From positions 1 through 64,000 of the forward strand of contig JAAOMT010000376.1 in assembly GCA_016748015.1 (NCBI GenBank): DNA of 64,000 nucleotides, given 5' to 3'. Below the pieces are notes generated by a model, which was given only the letters and a program-made list of their open reading frames with translations, searched no databases and had not been told where the DNA came from. A program made the translations under genes and the position numbers. This stretch comes from Geosiphon pyriformis uo1 (lineage: Eukaryota > Fungi > Glomeromycota). The first letter of the stretch is position 1. Every line of letters starts with the position of its first letter. Shown here one piece after another: positions 1-12,504 of this stretch.

Positions 1-3000
1 GTCTGGTATTTAATTTATTTATTATAGTCTTATTGAAAAAGTTAATAAGATTACTTAATTCTCTAATTTTGTTGATTTTATTGACTTGTAATTTGTTTTA
101 TCAGTCATGAAGTTAAAACTATAAAGGTAGGTTTTTTTAATTTGTTCTAATTTAAAGAAGACACAACTTTTAAAAATTAGTTTATGTTTGTAAATATATT
201 TATAGCAATTTATTAGAAGATGTCTTGCATTACAAGATAAAAAAAATAAGATCCAGAATTATGTAAGTATATGATTGAAAAACATTTGTTTTATTATATT
301 CTGTCCATAAACAATTGAAAGAAATATGAAAGTGAAATTGAGATAAGTACATAGTTGCTTTTTTTCCTGGCAATCTGGGTTAATTTGAATGTCAAAAAAG
401 CTAAGTTGTTGCTTGGCCTTAATTTTACTGTGGCGTGGCATGTTATGTCATGTCAAGAGCATAAAGTCATATTTTGTGCCAATCTGATAACTGATGACAT
501 TCGGCATTTTTGCTGGCTTTAAGTGGGAAGCATTCTATGATTTAGACCTTAGGTACTTTTATATTAATGCAGAATGAGATGAAATATAAAAGGACAAAAA
601 GAATCATGAGAATAAGAAAGAAGAGCTATTATTGATGAACCTTTTGATATGTTTTGGTTTCTTAATTTTAGCCTTCAGAAAAAGCAAACAAATGATCATT
701 ATTCACAAATTAAAGATTCCTTGCAAATTTAGTTTATTCATTGTGGGAATATTTATTTAAATACTATATAAGTGATGAATTCTATATTCAGAATATATAT
801 TGCCCCCCCTAAAAGCACTATTCATCGCTACTATAACCCTGATTTGTTGTAATAACCGAAAGTGATCATTATGCCGAAGTTTTATCAATTTAATAATGAC
901 CAATCTGTGTAGACCGGCGGGCTAGAATAATTAACTAGAATGCAACTATTTCATAAATGTGTACAAGCCCCTTTGGGTGGTGGAAAACTCTTAGTAATTA
1001 AAATTTCTGGCATAAAAATAGATGAATAAAGAAACAAAGTTTTAGATAGTATCAATGTATTTTAAAGCAAAAATTTTTTTAAACTAAATTGGAAATAAGA
1101 ATTAAAAGCCTTTACTATTTGAATTGAAAGTTCTTTTTTAAGATAATATAAGTGATGTAGAAAGCAAATTCATTCTGTATTGAAATTAGAAACAAAGACA
1201 ATAAGCAATAATACAATAAGCGATAAAAAATTCAAAAGCTTATATTTTGTACTATCATAATATTTGCAAACAAATAATATTTAATAGCATATTTTTCTTG
1301 GTTTTGTTTGTGACATGGATACAATTTTAATCATAATGGCAATCGAAATTCGAGATTTCTTACTGATTGGTAGTAAAATTGAGACTTATGTTGTTTACAT
1401 AATTCAAAAACTAGAATTTTAACGAAAAAAGTCGATGGATGACCGAAACTATTCATTTATTTACTTATAAATATACAGTAAAAATTTGAAAAATAATTCT
1501 TAGAACAATGTTTGTTACAAAAAATATTATGATACAGATCAAAATTAACAATCAAATGAATTAAAGAATGTTAAATTTAGATTTGTAAATTTATTCAAGT
1601 TTTTACTTTCAAAAAAAATTATGCTAGAAAAAATAAATGAAATATGTAATACAACTTTTAATTTCTAATAATTAGAAAGATCAAAGTTTAAGAAGTTGAA
1701 TGGATCTAAATGCATTTTTAAAAACCTCTAATCGTATCTAGAAGGTTTTCGTAACACTAATTATGTCAGCATTATTTCACCTAATAAAATTGGCTATTTA
1801 TTATAGCTCTTTTCAATACTTATTTAAAAAATAGAGGTTTTTTTAAAATATTTATAAAATTTATGAACAATTACTTTATTTAAGATTCCTTAAGTAAAAA
1901 TCACATTGTTAATATTAAAAAATCAAATATTTACTATTTTATAATAATCCAATAATTTTAAAAAGTTTTTATGTAAAATAATGTCAAATTTAAAATATGA
2001 ATTATTTTATACAAATAAATAATTATAACAATTTAACCTTAAAGTGTAATTGAAAAATTTATTGATCCAAATCTTATTAAATAAAAATTTGTAATATTTT
2101 TGGTTCTAAAATACAAAAATTAATTTATACTGAACTTGAATAATAAATATTAATTATTTTTTGTATAATTATTCATTAAATGTTTTTATTACAGCTTTTT
2201 TTAAATTTTAATTAAAAAATTATTTTTCTTTTGGTTAATTTTCTTCTGCTTGACAAAATTTAATTCATATATTATATCATAATTTATTAACAGCTCTATA
2301 TAAAATCTCTTTGCTATTAACAAAAGTTTTCTGTTTATTCTTATTCTTAGTCTAAATTTGGTAATTTATTTTAATAGAATATCCATTTTGGAGCATTATG
2401 ATTTACTATCAAAACAGTGCTATCATAAACTAGAATATGTTCTTCATCGTACATCAACCAGTTTTTTTTGCAAGTTGTGAAATATTGGTAATCTTGCTTC
2501 AGAATTATGGTTTAATTTCAGTCAAATTTTTGTTGGTTACTTAGATTATTTGTTTTCTTTTACCTTTTAATTCAATAGATTTATTACAATAAACATTCTT
2601 TGCTGCAGTTGGAAACTAAACCTCCGATCTTTGGAGTGTTTATTTAAAAGAACAAAACTATATCCCTGTGTATTAAGAGAGACATTTTTGTGGCATGGAA
2701 CTTAATGATCTTAAGTTACTTGATATAGAAGATCTATCGATCTATAAAGATCTAAGAGTTATCTTCCAATTCTTGAAAATGTAATTTTTAAGATGGATAT
2801 ATATGGAATACTTTCATTAGAGTTTATGGTTTAGAATTTTTCTTATTAAAATAACTTAAAGGTGAAATTGCCTAATTAACATTTAAATTTGTTAGGCATA
2901 TGCAAGTCACGAAAAAAAATCAGTTAATTATTAAATTATTTTTATTACCTTTTTAATCTAAATTACTTCTCTGTATTTCTCATTTGATATTCCGGGATAA

Positions 3001-3266
3001 ATATAAAAAAGTAAATAAAAATATTTTGAAATACTTGCAGCTTGATTTTCACAGAACTAGACCAAAGTTTATAAAGAGGCCTAGATTCTTTGTCAATACT
3101 ACTTTTTTAATTAAGTGAGAATTTTAAATAAAAGTGTATGTTTCTGAATCGGGAAAGATGCTGCCTTCTAAATAGCTCTTTTCCTTTTAAATATCAAAGC
3201 ATACTTTTTAAAGATAGCCAAGTAATCTTTTCAAGTAGATTTAGGAATAGGCAGATTACGCGAAAA

Positions 3267-4722
3267 ATGCACCAGTTCTTTTTATTTAAATCGAAGAAAA
3301 TTTATTCTATCTTATTAATATTTTTACTTCAAATATTTCTTCTGGTGAAATTTCTTTGCTATTTTAACTATCTCAAATACTTATATCCTTTTTCACGCCA
3401 TTTCTTAACTTTAAAGCAAAAAAATTATAATGAAATTGAAGAAATTCTTCAGTTCTCACTTCCAGTAAAAACATTTGAAAATAACAGCATTAATTTTTTT
3501 CCAAAAAGATCAGTTGATCATAATGAAGGGTACTCTAAGAAACGAGCAATTAGCCTTAGTAACCACAATGCGATCAGGGAATTAAAATTTATAGCTACAA
3601 TTTCTAATATTCCTTATTGTTTTCCTTTAAATAACATTGGAAAATTTATAAAGCTTGAGACTAGAATTACTGGTATTTTCTGAAATTAAGTATTATTCAA
3701 TTAATTAATTTCGGCATGTGTGAAACGCATTAATTATTTTAAAAAACTTTTCCTATCATTCATACGAACATAATAGCTGATGTAATAGAAGAATCCAAAA
3801 CCGAAACAGTCATTGCATTTTTTAAAGGCCCCGATTTGACAAAAACACAATGGGAAACTAGAAAAAACCAGCTTATAACATATTCTGTCCAAGGAATGAG
3901 GAAAAATGGACTAGTAAAAGTGGATAAGGAATGGTTTATTGATGTTTTAGTTATGTGGCCGCCTCTTTTAAAAAAAGTTGAATTTTTACTTAAAGGATCT
4001 GGATATAGAAAGCTTATTTTCTGTGGACATGGTGTTGGTGGTGGTTAGTTTTTTTAGGAAAGGGAAGTACATTATATATTATTTTACTAATTTCGACACT
4101 CTTTTTCTTTAATGAAAAAAAAACAAATAGCTTATGCCGCCATAGCAGGCCTATCATTTGCAATAATCAATCTTTTGAAGTTGAATTTATCAGTTGATAT
4201 TACTATTGGTACTTTGGGTCAACCAAGAGTCGGAAATATTATGTTTGCTAGAATGATGAATGAGATAGTAAGGGTTGTAAGGATAACTCGTTACGATGAT
4301 TATTTCCCACATTTTCCTCCAATTGAAGATCAGAGCACAATAATGCAACATCACGAAAGAGAAATATGGATTGGACCAGATGATTGTGATTGTCCTCAAA
4401 ACACAAATGAAGTTATATGGGATTGTGGAAAATTAGAGAAAAATAAAGAAAAAAGGCTAGCTAGAGTACAACAGTTTATTCAAGAAAAGTTCTGGATTCC
4501 TGGTGATGATTTAGCGATTGAAAATCAAGTTAGTGAAGAAATGATTTTATCTAAAATAAATTGATTCTTTCGCAATTTTTAAGTTAATTGAACGTTATAT
4601 AATTATTATATGAATAATAATTTTAGGAATGTAATGCTGGACAATCAATTACAGACTCCAGCAGGAATAATCACCTTGGTCCGTATATTGGGATCACGAT
4701 CGGTAATTGTGATATGGCCTAA
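3267..4722 (+). CDS. Class-3 lipase-like protein, copy A (nucleophile Ser->Gly, predicted catalytically inactive); 4 exons 3267-3672, 3777-4043, 4131-4528, 4627-4722
   Basis: Spliced GT-AG model is open: N-terminal basic plus hydrophobic anchor, IAFFKGP, FCGHGVGGAYAAIAG (canonical GHSLGGA), TLGQPRVGN, RITRYDDYFPHFPP (Asp motif), HHEREIW, last exon ECNAG...NHLGPYIG (His motif). Confidence 0.9.
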
Positions 4723-7700
4723 TTACTCAATGTAATAAAATGGCATCCTTATATCAATTAATGATTTGAGTGTGAGGCAAATTTTTTAGGAATCTTGATA
4801 ATCTTATAGTAATTTTCATTTTATAAATCTCTCTTTAGAGGTTACCTATTCATGCAAACTAACTAAAGTTTATTAATCAAATTCTTATAATATAATATTA
4901 GCTTTTAAGAATTTTATTATTTAACTGTTTTATAGATAATGTTAAATTAAAAGAAATAAAATAGTAAGATTTCTTTAAAATTTAAAATATTGAAAATGTA
5001 CACTGTTTATTTTTAAATATTATGACAAGGTGAGGTCCTTCCACTATCTATTCTAGATAGAACAAAGACAACTACCCGACTGTGAAAACAATAAAATAAG
5101 GAAAATATTTTAAATATTTCGGCTAATTTCAATGCAAAAGCACATATTGACTAATTTGGAAAATTGTACCATGTAAATTTTTTCAACCACTGTAATTTTC
5201 TTTAACATTTTATGTTTTTCGCTGCTTCAAACGAGGAAATTATAGTAATTTTGAGCTGAAAGAAAGGCGCCATTTAACTTGCTAGATTCGAACACGGTAG
5301 AATATTTTTTCAGAAAGATCAAAATTTTTCAGAATTTTTAATAAAGAAAAAGGCACAAAAATTTATAAAAGGTGTCTAAAGATAGTCAAGAACACTTCAT
5401 CGTATAAGAATGGAATTGAGAGAATCAAAAATTTTTAAGCTATTTCAAAAAGTAGCCTCACCTCATTTTTCTCATATGTTTCTGAAAGTTTTGTTACGCT
5501 TTGTACTAATGAGAATCAAGAAGTTGTGAAGTCCACAAAGTAATTATTTTTCTGTTACAATCTAGTAGTAATTTTATGATGTAGCAGCATAATAACAACT
5601 TACTAATCAATAATAATCATCATTTCTTTTTGAATGAAAGATGATAATTAAAATTACAGTAATTTTATGATTTTTTGTTATTTTTCAAATATTAATTTGT
5701 TAATTTTTATCATAATAAATATATTAAAGATGATAAATTGAATAAATTTTGCTTGACTAACTGTTAAAACAATTAATAGACTAAGAAAAACTGTTCACTT
5801 TTGAAATATTTGATCTAACCAGTTATTACATGAAAAATATAAACAGATTTAATTGTATAAATATCTAAAAATAACAAACCAAAATCGAACTAATATTAAA
5901 ATATTTTTATAGTTAGTTTTACTATTTAATTATTTATTATGTATTAGTCAATTATGTTATTCAAATGACCACCTTATTTTTAGCTTAATTAGTAACTTTA
6001 ACATTGATACATTTTTAATTTCTTTTTTGTATTAATAAATCATCTTAAATGTTAAATAAAATTGGTTTTGTAATTTGAAATTAACCAATAACTTGAAAAT
6101 TGATATTAAATTTATTAATTGAGATACAGAATTACGAAATTTTTAAAACTATTTTTACATTAAAAAAGTTTTTTATTAATATTTTGTGATGAATTTTTGT
6201 AATATCCGTTTGATCAATATTTTATGAAAATTTATATCTTATATTATTCTTATTTTAATTTTTAATTATTATTTAAATCAAAACAAACTCAAAATAATGA
6301 AAAATAAAGCATTTACGCCAAAAAACAAAAATAACTGTTTTTTTAAAATTATATAAAAACACTGTTTAAATACGCTGAAATCTAAAAATTAGGCTATTAA
6401 ACATTTAAATTGATTTTATAAAATAACTTAGTATTTAAATTTAACAAAATTAAATTAGTCAAAAAAACTTGATGCATTTTTAAAAAACTAATCCATTGTC
6501 TGTTAACTATTAAATTTGAAAATAGCAAAATAATAATTTAAAATATTTAACAGCCAATAGTATTGAGAATATTTTAAAACATAATATATATGAAATTTAA
6601 GATAACAAAAAAATAGCATCAATTACTTATTTTAATTTTTCAAAAACTGTTTTTAATTAAAATGGTAATATATTATTTATTAATTGTTTTATAAATTTTT
6701 TTACATTAAATAAAATTTTCAGCCTGATTAACAATCTCTCTATTTAATCTTGTTTATTCTTATTCTTAGTCTAAATTCTGTTAGATTAGACAAATGTTGT
6801 TTCGTCTGAAAATACTACTTGATTAATAAATTTTGGTCTGCCAAAATGTTTTTTTAACCATATATATTTAATTTTATCTTTACATAAACATTGTTAAATA
6901 GTGTTTATTGTATATTAACCAACTTTTTTTGCAAGTTGTACAATCTTGGTAGCTTGCTTCATAATTGTGATTTGATTTCAGTCAGATTTTTGTTGGTTAT
7001 TTGGATCTTTTGTTTTCTTTTACTTTTTAATTCAATAGATTTACTACAATAAACATGCTTTGCTGTAGTTAGAAACTAAATCTCAGATTTTGGTGTATTT
7101 ATTTAAAAGAACAAATACATATCGCTTGTGTATTAAGAGACACACTTTAGTATGGGAACTTAATGATCATAAAATATCTGATATGGAAGATCTATCGACC
7201 TATAAAGACATGAATAATCTGTGGAATTTTTTATGGCGCCACATGTAATCTATAGAGAGCTATTCGGTTGGATACTTCGTGGTGCACTGTAAATTAAAGA
7301 TAAAAGAAGATATTATTAAAGAAATAGTTCTGAAATTGGGGTAAGTTTAGCACTTTTTAAGTATCTCAGAATTTCTGTTTATATTTTTAGGAGTTATCTT
7401 CCAATTCTTGAAAATATAATATTAATATGTATATATTCGAATACTTTTATTACAGTTTTATGGTTTATAAATTTTCTAATTATAATAACTTAAAGGTGAA
7501 ACTGCCTAATATAACATTTAAATTTGTTAGGCATATACACAGTCACGAAATAAACCTAGTTAATTTTTAAATTATTTTTAATACCATTTTAATCTAGATT
7601 ACTTATCTTTATCTCTCGGTTAATATTCCGGGATAAATATAAAAAAAGTAAATAATAAATATTTTGCAGAGGGATTTTCACAGAACTGGCATAGATCTTT

Positions 7701-7872
7701 GTCAATAACTACTTTTTTGATTAAGAATTTTAAATAAGAATGTAAGCTTCTAAATCGGGAAAGATGCTGCCTTCTGAATAGCTCTTTTCCTTTTAAATAT
7801 GAAAGCATACTTTTTTAAGATAGCCAAGTAATCTTTTCAAGTAGATTTAGGAATAGGCAGATTACGCGAAAA

Positions 7873-9331
7873 ATGCACCAGTTTTTTTTATTTAAATCGA
7901 AGAAAATTTATTCTATCTTATTAATATTTTTACTTCAAATATTTCTTCTGGTGAAATTTCTTTGCTATTTTAACTATCTCAAATACTTATATCCTTTTTC
8001 ACGCCATTTCTTAACTTTAAAGCAAAAAAATTATAATGAAATTGAAGAAATTCTTCAGTTCTCACTTCCAGTAAAAACATTTGAAAATAACAGCATTAAC
8101 TTTTTTTCAAAAAAATCAGCCGATAGTAATGAAGGATACCCTAAGAAACGAGCAATTGGCCTTAGCAACCACGATGCAATCCAGGAGTTAAAATTTATAG
8201 CTATGATTTCTAATTTTCCTTATTGTTTTCCTTTTAATAACATTGGAAAATTTATAAAGCTTGAGACTAGAATTACTGGTATTTTCTGAAATTAAGTATT
8301 ATTCAATTAATTAATTTCGGCATGTGTGAAACGCATTAATTATTTTAAAAACTTTTCCTATCATTCATACGAACATAATAGCTGATATAATAGAAGAAAT
8401 CAAAACTGAAACAGTCATTGCGTTTTTTAAAGGCCCCGATTTGACAAAAACACAATGGCAGGCTAGAAATAACCAGCTTGTAACATTTAGTGTCCTAGGA
8501 ATGAAGGAAAATAGACTAGTAAAAGTGGATCAAGAATGGTTTAATGATGCTTCAATTATGTTGGATCCTCTTTTAAACAAAATTGAATTTTTACTTAAAG
8601 GATCTGGATATAGAAAGCTTATTTTCTGTGGACATGGTGTTGGTGGTGGTTAGTTTTTTTAGGAAAGGGAAGTACATTATATATTATTTTACTAATTTCG
8701 ACACTCTTTTTCTTTAATGAAAAAAAAAACAAATAGCTTATGCCGCCATAGCAGGCCTATCATTTGCAATAATCAATCTTTTGAAGTTGAATTTATCAGT
8801 TGATATTACTATTGGTACTTTGGGTCAACCAAGAGTCGGAAATATCATGTTTGCTAGAATGATGAATGAGATAGTAAGGGTTGTAAGGATAACTCGTTTC
8901 GATGATTATTTCCCACATTTTCCTCCAATTGAAGATCAGAGCACAATAATGCAACATCACGAAAGAGAAATATGGATTGGACCAGATGATTGCGATTGTC
9001 CTCAAAACACAAATGAAGTTATATGGGATTGTGGAAAATTAGAGAAAAATGAAGAAAAAAGGCTAGCTAGAGTACAACAGTTTATTCAAGAAAAGTTCTG
9101 GATTCCTGGTGATGATTTAGCGATTGAAAATCAAGTTAGTGAAGAAATGATTTTATCTAAAATAAATTGATTCTTTCGCAATTTTTAAGTTAATTGAACG
9201 TTATATGATTATTATATGAATAATAATTTTAGGAATGTAATGCTGGACAATCAATTACAGACTCCAGCAGGAATAATCACCTTGGTCCATATATTGGGAT
9301 CACGATCGGTAATTGTAGTAATATGGCCTAA
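7873..9331 (+). CDS. Class-3 lipase-like protein, copy B (Ser->Gly); exons 7873-8278, 8382-8648, 8737-9134, 9233-9331
   Basis: Near-identical tandem duplicate of copy A, 4606 bp downstream; same motifs (GHGVGG, GQPRVGN, DDYFPHFP, NHLGPY) and intron phases. Confidence 0.9.
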
Positions 9332-10798
9332 TTACTCAATGTAATAAAATAGCATCCTTATATCAATTAATGATTTGAGTATGAGACAAATATTTTTTAG
9401 GAATCTTAATAATCTTTTAGCAATAATTTTTATTTTATAATCTCTCTTTAGAGGTTACCCATTTATGCATACTAACTAAAGTTTATTAACCAAATTATAA
9501 AAATATAATTTTAGATTTTAAGAATTTTATTATTTAACTGTTTTATAGATAATGTTAAATTAAAAGAAATAAAATAGTAAGATTTTTTAAAAGTTCTAAA
9601 ATTTGAGATATCCACTGCAAAAAACAATAAAATGAGAAAATTTATAATTTAAGTTTATTTGATATTTGGTTGCTTGATTTTAATATTTCGATAATTCCTT
9701 GTAAAAGAACATATCAGCTAATTTGGAAAATTTTACCATGCGACTTTTTTTCGAACAGTAGTTGTAAACATTTCAAGTACGGGTTTTGATGAAAATTTAT
9801 ATTTTGAAAAATATATTTCAAATGGCTTTTCTCATGTATGTTATTGAAAAAATGTTGAGAGAAAATTTGGCAGATATAAATACTTTTGCTTTCTTTTGCA
9901 ATAATTTTAATTTTTTCTAATAAAGACAATTATTTTTTCCATAAAATATTATTATATTCATGATTAATAATTTTTAAAAAAAATTTAATAAATACTGAGT
10001 GTAATAAATATTTTATTAGATTACTTTAAAATTTACATTACAAATTTTTATTTTTATAAAATGAAAAAATAGTTTTAATCACACAATTTTACAAATTTGT
10101 CTTTATTAGACAAAAAAAATTAGAAAGTTTTTTTTTAATTTAAATTAATGAAAAAATTTTAGTATAATATATTCATCATATATTATGTTTTTCAATCCAT
10201 AATTCAATTAAAGTATATGTATATATTTTTTTAAATATTAAAAATCTTTAAAACAAAAGAAAAAAGAATTTTCAAAATTTTATTTATATTTAATTTATTT
10301 TTTTATGTGTTTATTTATTTGTTAAAATAATATTATGACATTAATTATTTAAAAATATATTTTTAATTTAAATAATAATCTCAATTATTGATTTCATTAT
10401 TGATTATAAATTAATTTAAATTTGTTTTATACGCTGACTATAAATGAAAAGTATTGCAATTTGAATAGATAAAATTTTTAATTGTAAATATTTTATAATT
10501 ATTGTTTTTATATAATTTGTTATAAATTAATACAAACTATTAAAAAAAGTTTCAATTTATGACAATTATATAACTAAGGTGAATTAAAATTACTTGAAAT
10601 TTGAATTATATGTTTTGAATTAAAGCATTTAATATATTTTTTATATCAAAACTAATATATATTGATGATTCAAACAAAAGATTAAATAATATTTTGGATA
10701 AAGATTTTAAGAATTAGATACTTGTTTGATATATGTAATTTTTATTGTTTAAAATTACTACATATGTAAAACTAATTAATAATGCTTTTGCCGTTGTT

Positions 10799-11710
10799 TT
10801 ATTATTTTCTTTTGAAAATATGGGAATAAAAAACAAAATCATTTGGTAAAAATATCACTTAAGTTATTTTCATATGATTAAATAAAAAATAATTAATGTT
10901 AAATCCACATTTTGATACAATATTTTATTATAGATCCAAAAAATTGATGTTAGGATGTCCCTTATTAGCAAATGAGAATTTAATATCACGAACATATAAT
11001 TTAATAAATAAGTTTAAACTCAACATGCAGAACTAAATCGAACACCTCTTTCGGTATATTTAGAGATTTATGTTGTTTATGTTAATGATTTTCAAAAACT
11101 CAAACTTTATTTGTTTTAAACAGAAAAAAGTTGATACACAGCATATTTATGAAAAGGAAAATTGAACTCTACAAACTTTTCCCATCAAATTACAAAATTT
11201 TCAGATAACCTAATTCATTTAAGTAATGAAAGCTAAATTAATTANNNNNNNNNNNNNNNNNNNNTTATTATTTTCTTTTGAAAATATGGGAATAAAAAAC
11301 AAAATCATTTGGTAAAAATATCACTTAAGTTATTTTCATATGATTAAATAAAAAATAATTAATGTTAAATCCACATTTTGATACAATATTTTATTATAGA
11401 TCCAAAAAATTGATGTTAGGATGTCCCTTATTAGCAAATGAGAATTTAATATCACGAACATATAATTTAATAAATAAGTTTAAACTCAACATGCAGAACT
11501 AAATCGAACACCTCTTTCGGTATATTTAGAGATTTATGTTGTTTATGTTAATGATTTTCAAAAACTCAAACTTTATTTGTTTTAAACAGAAAAAAGTTGA
11601 TACACAGCATATTTATGAAAAGGAAAATTGAACTCTACAAACTTTTCCCATCAAATTACAAAATTTTCAGATAACCTAATTCATTTAAGTAATGAAAGCT
11701 AAATTAATTA
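10799..11710. other. Assembly gap (20 N, 11245-11264) flanked by an apparently identical ~446-bp direct duplication; likely scaffolding artefact
   Basis: 10799-11244 repeats at 11265-11710 immediately across the N run. Confidence 0.85.
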
Positions 11711-11766
11711 ATACTCACAACAGATATTCTATTCATTTACTAGTAGTCTTGGTGGTGTTGAATTAA

Positions 11767-12504
11767 CTAATAGGGTCCCGTTTTCGGTCCTTTACGCCAG
11801 CAGCAGCAACAACAACGATTCTTACCCCATTTCTGTCCCTTACCCCAATTCTGTCCCTTACCCCAATTCTGTCCTGTACCCCAATTCTGTCCCTCATCCC
11901 AATCCTGTCCCTCATCCCAATTTTCGTAAGCCCTTTTCTGGGCAAAATTCGATTCGTTACCCCAGCTATCCCTCCCATTGCTTTCATGATGTTTTTTTCC
12001 TTTATTAGGCCATCCATGAGGCCAGTCATGATGACAATCATCATCACAGTCATCACGCCAATCACAATCACAGTCATCACGCCAATCACAATCACAGTCA
12101 TCATGATAACAGTCATCATCACAATCATGATGAGGATGTTGTTTGGGCCATTGGGATTTATGATGGTGGCAGCAACAACTACAAAAATGATTAGGATTAG
12201 GATGGGGGTTAGGATGGGGATGGGGAGGAGGAGAAGGAGGACTGCAACGAGATGGCGGATAACATGAATTTCCACCCCACCAATTGCTAGTTGGAGGTGT
12301 CTGAGGTGGTCCAAAAGAATATCCCTGATTGGGATTCGAAGGTTGTTGAGGGTATCCTGAAGTATTTTGAACATCGCCATGATTACCAGTGAAATTAGAT
12401 TGCCCGAAATCCTGAGCCTTCACACCGGTTAAAATGTCCATGGCAAGCAAAGTAAAAATAAGAAGTGCCATAAAAAATGGCTTGAAGATGAATTGATCAA
12501 ACAT
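11767..12504 (-). CDS. Predicted secreted low-complexity protein with Pro/His, Cys/Asp/His and Trp-Gly hexapeptide repeats (245 aa, single exon)
   Basis: Open 245-codon ORF, GC-rich versus flanks; signal peptide (MALLIFTLLAMDILTGVKA|Q); PPSPPPHPHPNPHPNP; FCSCCCHHH; DDCDCDWR repeats; QNWGKG-type repeats (18-bp units); C-terminal RCCCCCW. Confidence 0.8.
   Translation of the reverse strand: MFDQFIFKPFFMALLIFTLLAMDILTGVKAQDFGQSNFTGNHGDVQNTSGYPQQPSNPNQGYSFGPPQTPPTSNWWGGNSCYPPSRCSPPSPPPHPHPNPHPNPNHFCSCCCHHHKSQWPKQHPHHDCDDDCYHDDCDCDWRDDCDCDWRDDCDDDCHHDWPHGWPNKGKKHHESNGRDSWGNESNFAQKRAYENWDEGQDWDEGQNWGTGQNWGKGQNWGKGQKWGKNRCCCCCWRKGPKTGPY

Larger units (their letters stand above)
2336..9590 (+). repeat. 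Direct segmental duplication (~2336-4975 vs ~6752-9590) containing lipase-like copies A and B with their flanks
   Basis: Upstream, intronic and 3' sequences align directly (e.g. tattcttattcttagtctaaatt at ~2336 and ~6756; ttaactgttttatagataatgttaaattaaaagaaataaaatagtaagat at ~4921 and ~9534); boundaries approximate. Confidence 0.85.

Noticed and set aside
3138-3266. Upstream in-frame ATG extending copy A by 43 aa (similar extension in copy I from 58863)
   Set aside because: Not shared in start position or openness among paralogs; the common MHQ/MQQ/MQK start precedes the anchor
4378-4394. DDCDC motif shared between lipase exon 3 and the Cys-rich secreted protein
   Set aside because: Only five low-complexity residues with no flanking homology; probably coincidental
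4190-4399. Recurrent antisense ORF (MRTITIIWSNPYF...) also at 8796, 36933, 41539, 57648 and 63616
   Set aside because: Conserved only because it is the reverse strand of lipase exon 3
10799-11710. Perfect ~446-bp direct repeat that could be mistaken for LTRs
   Set aside because: The copies abut a 20-N gap and appear identical, typical of an unmerged contig overlap
11825-11925. 18-bp tandem repeats as a possible CRISPR-like array
   Set aside because: No spacers; they are in-frame coding repeats in a eukaryotic gene
11763-12380. 205-aa overlapping ORF and 93-aa antisense ORF over the Cys-rich gene
   Set aside because: Shadow frames produced by the repetitive sequence; the 245-aa frame has the signal peptide and coherent composition
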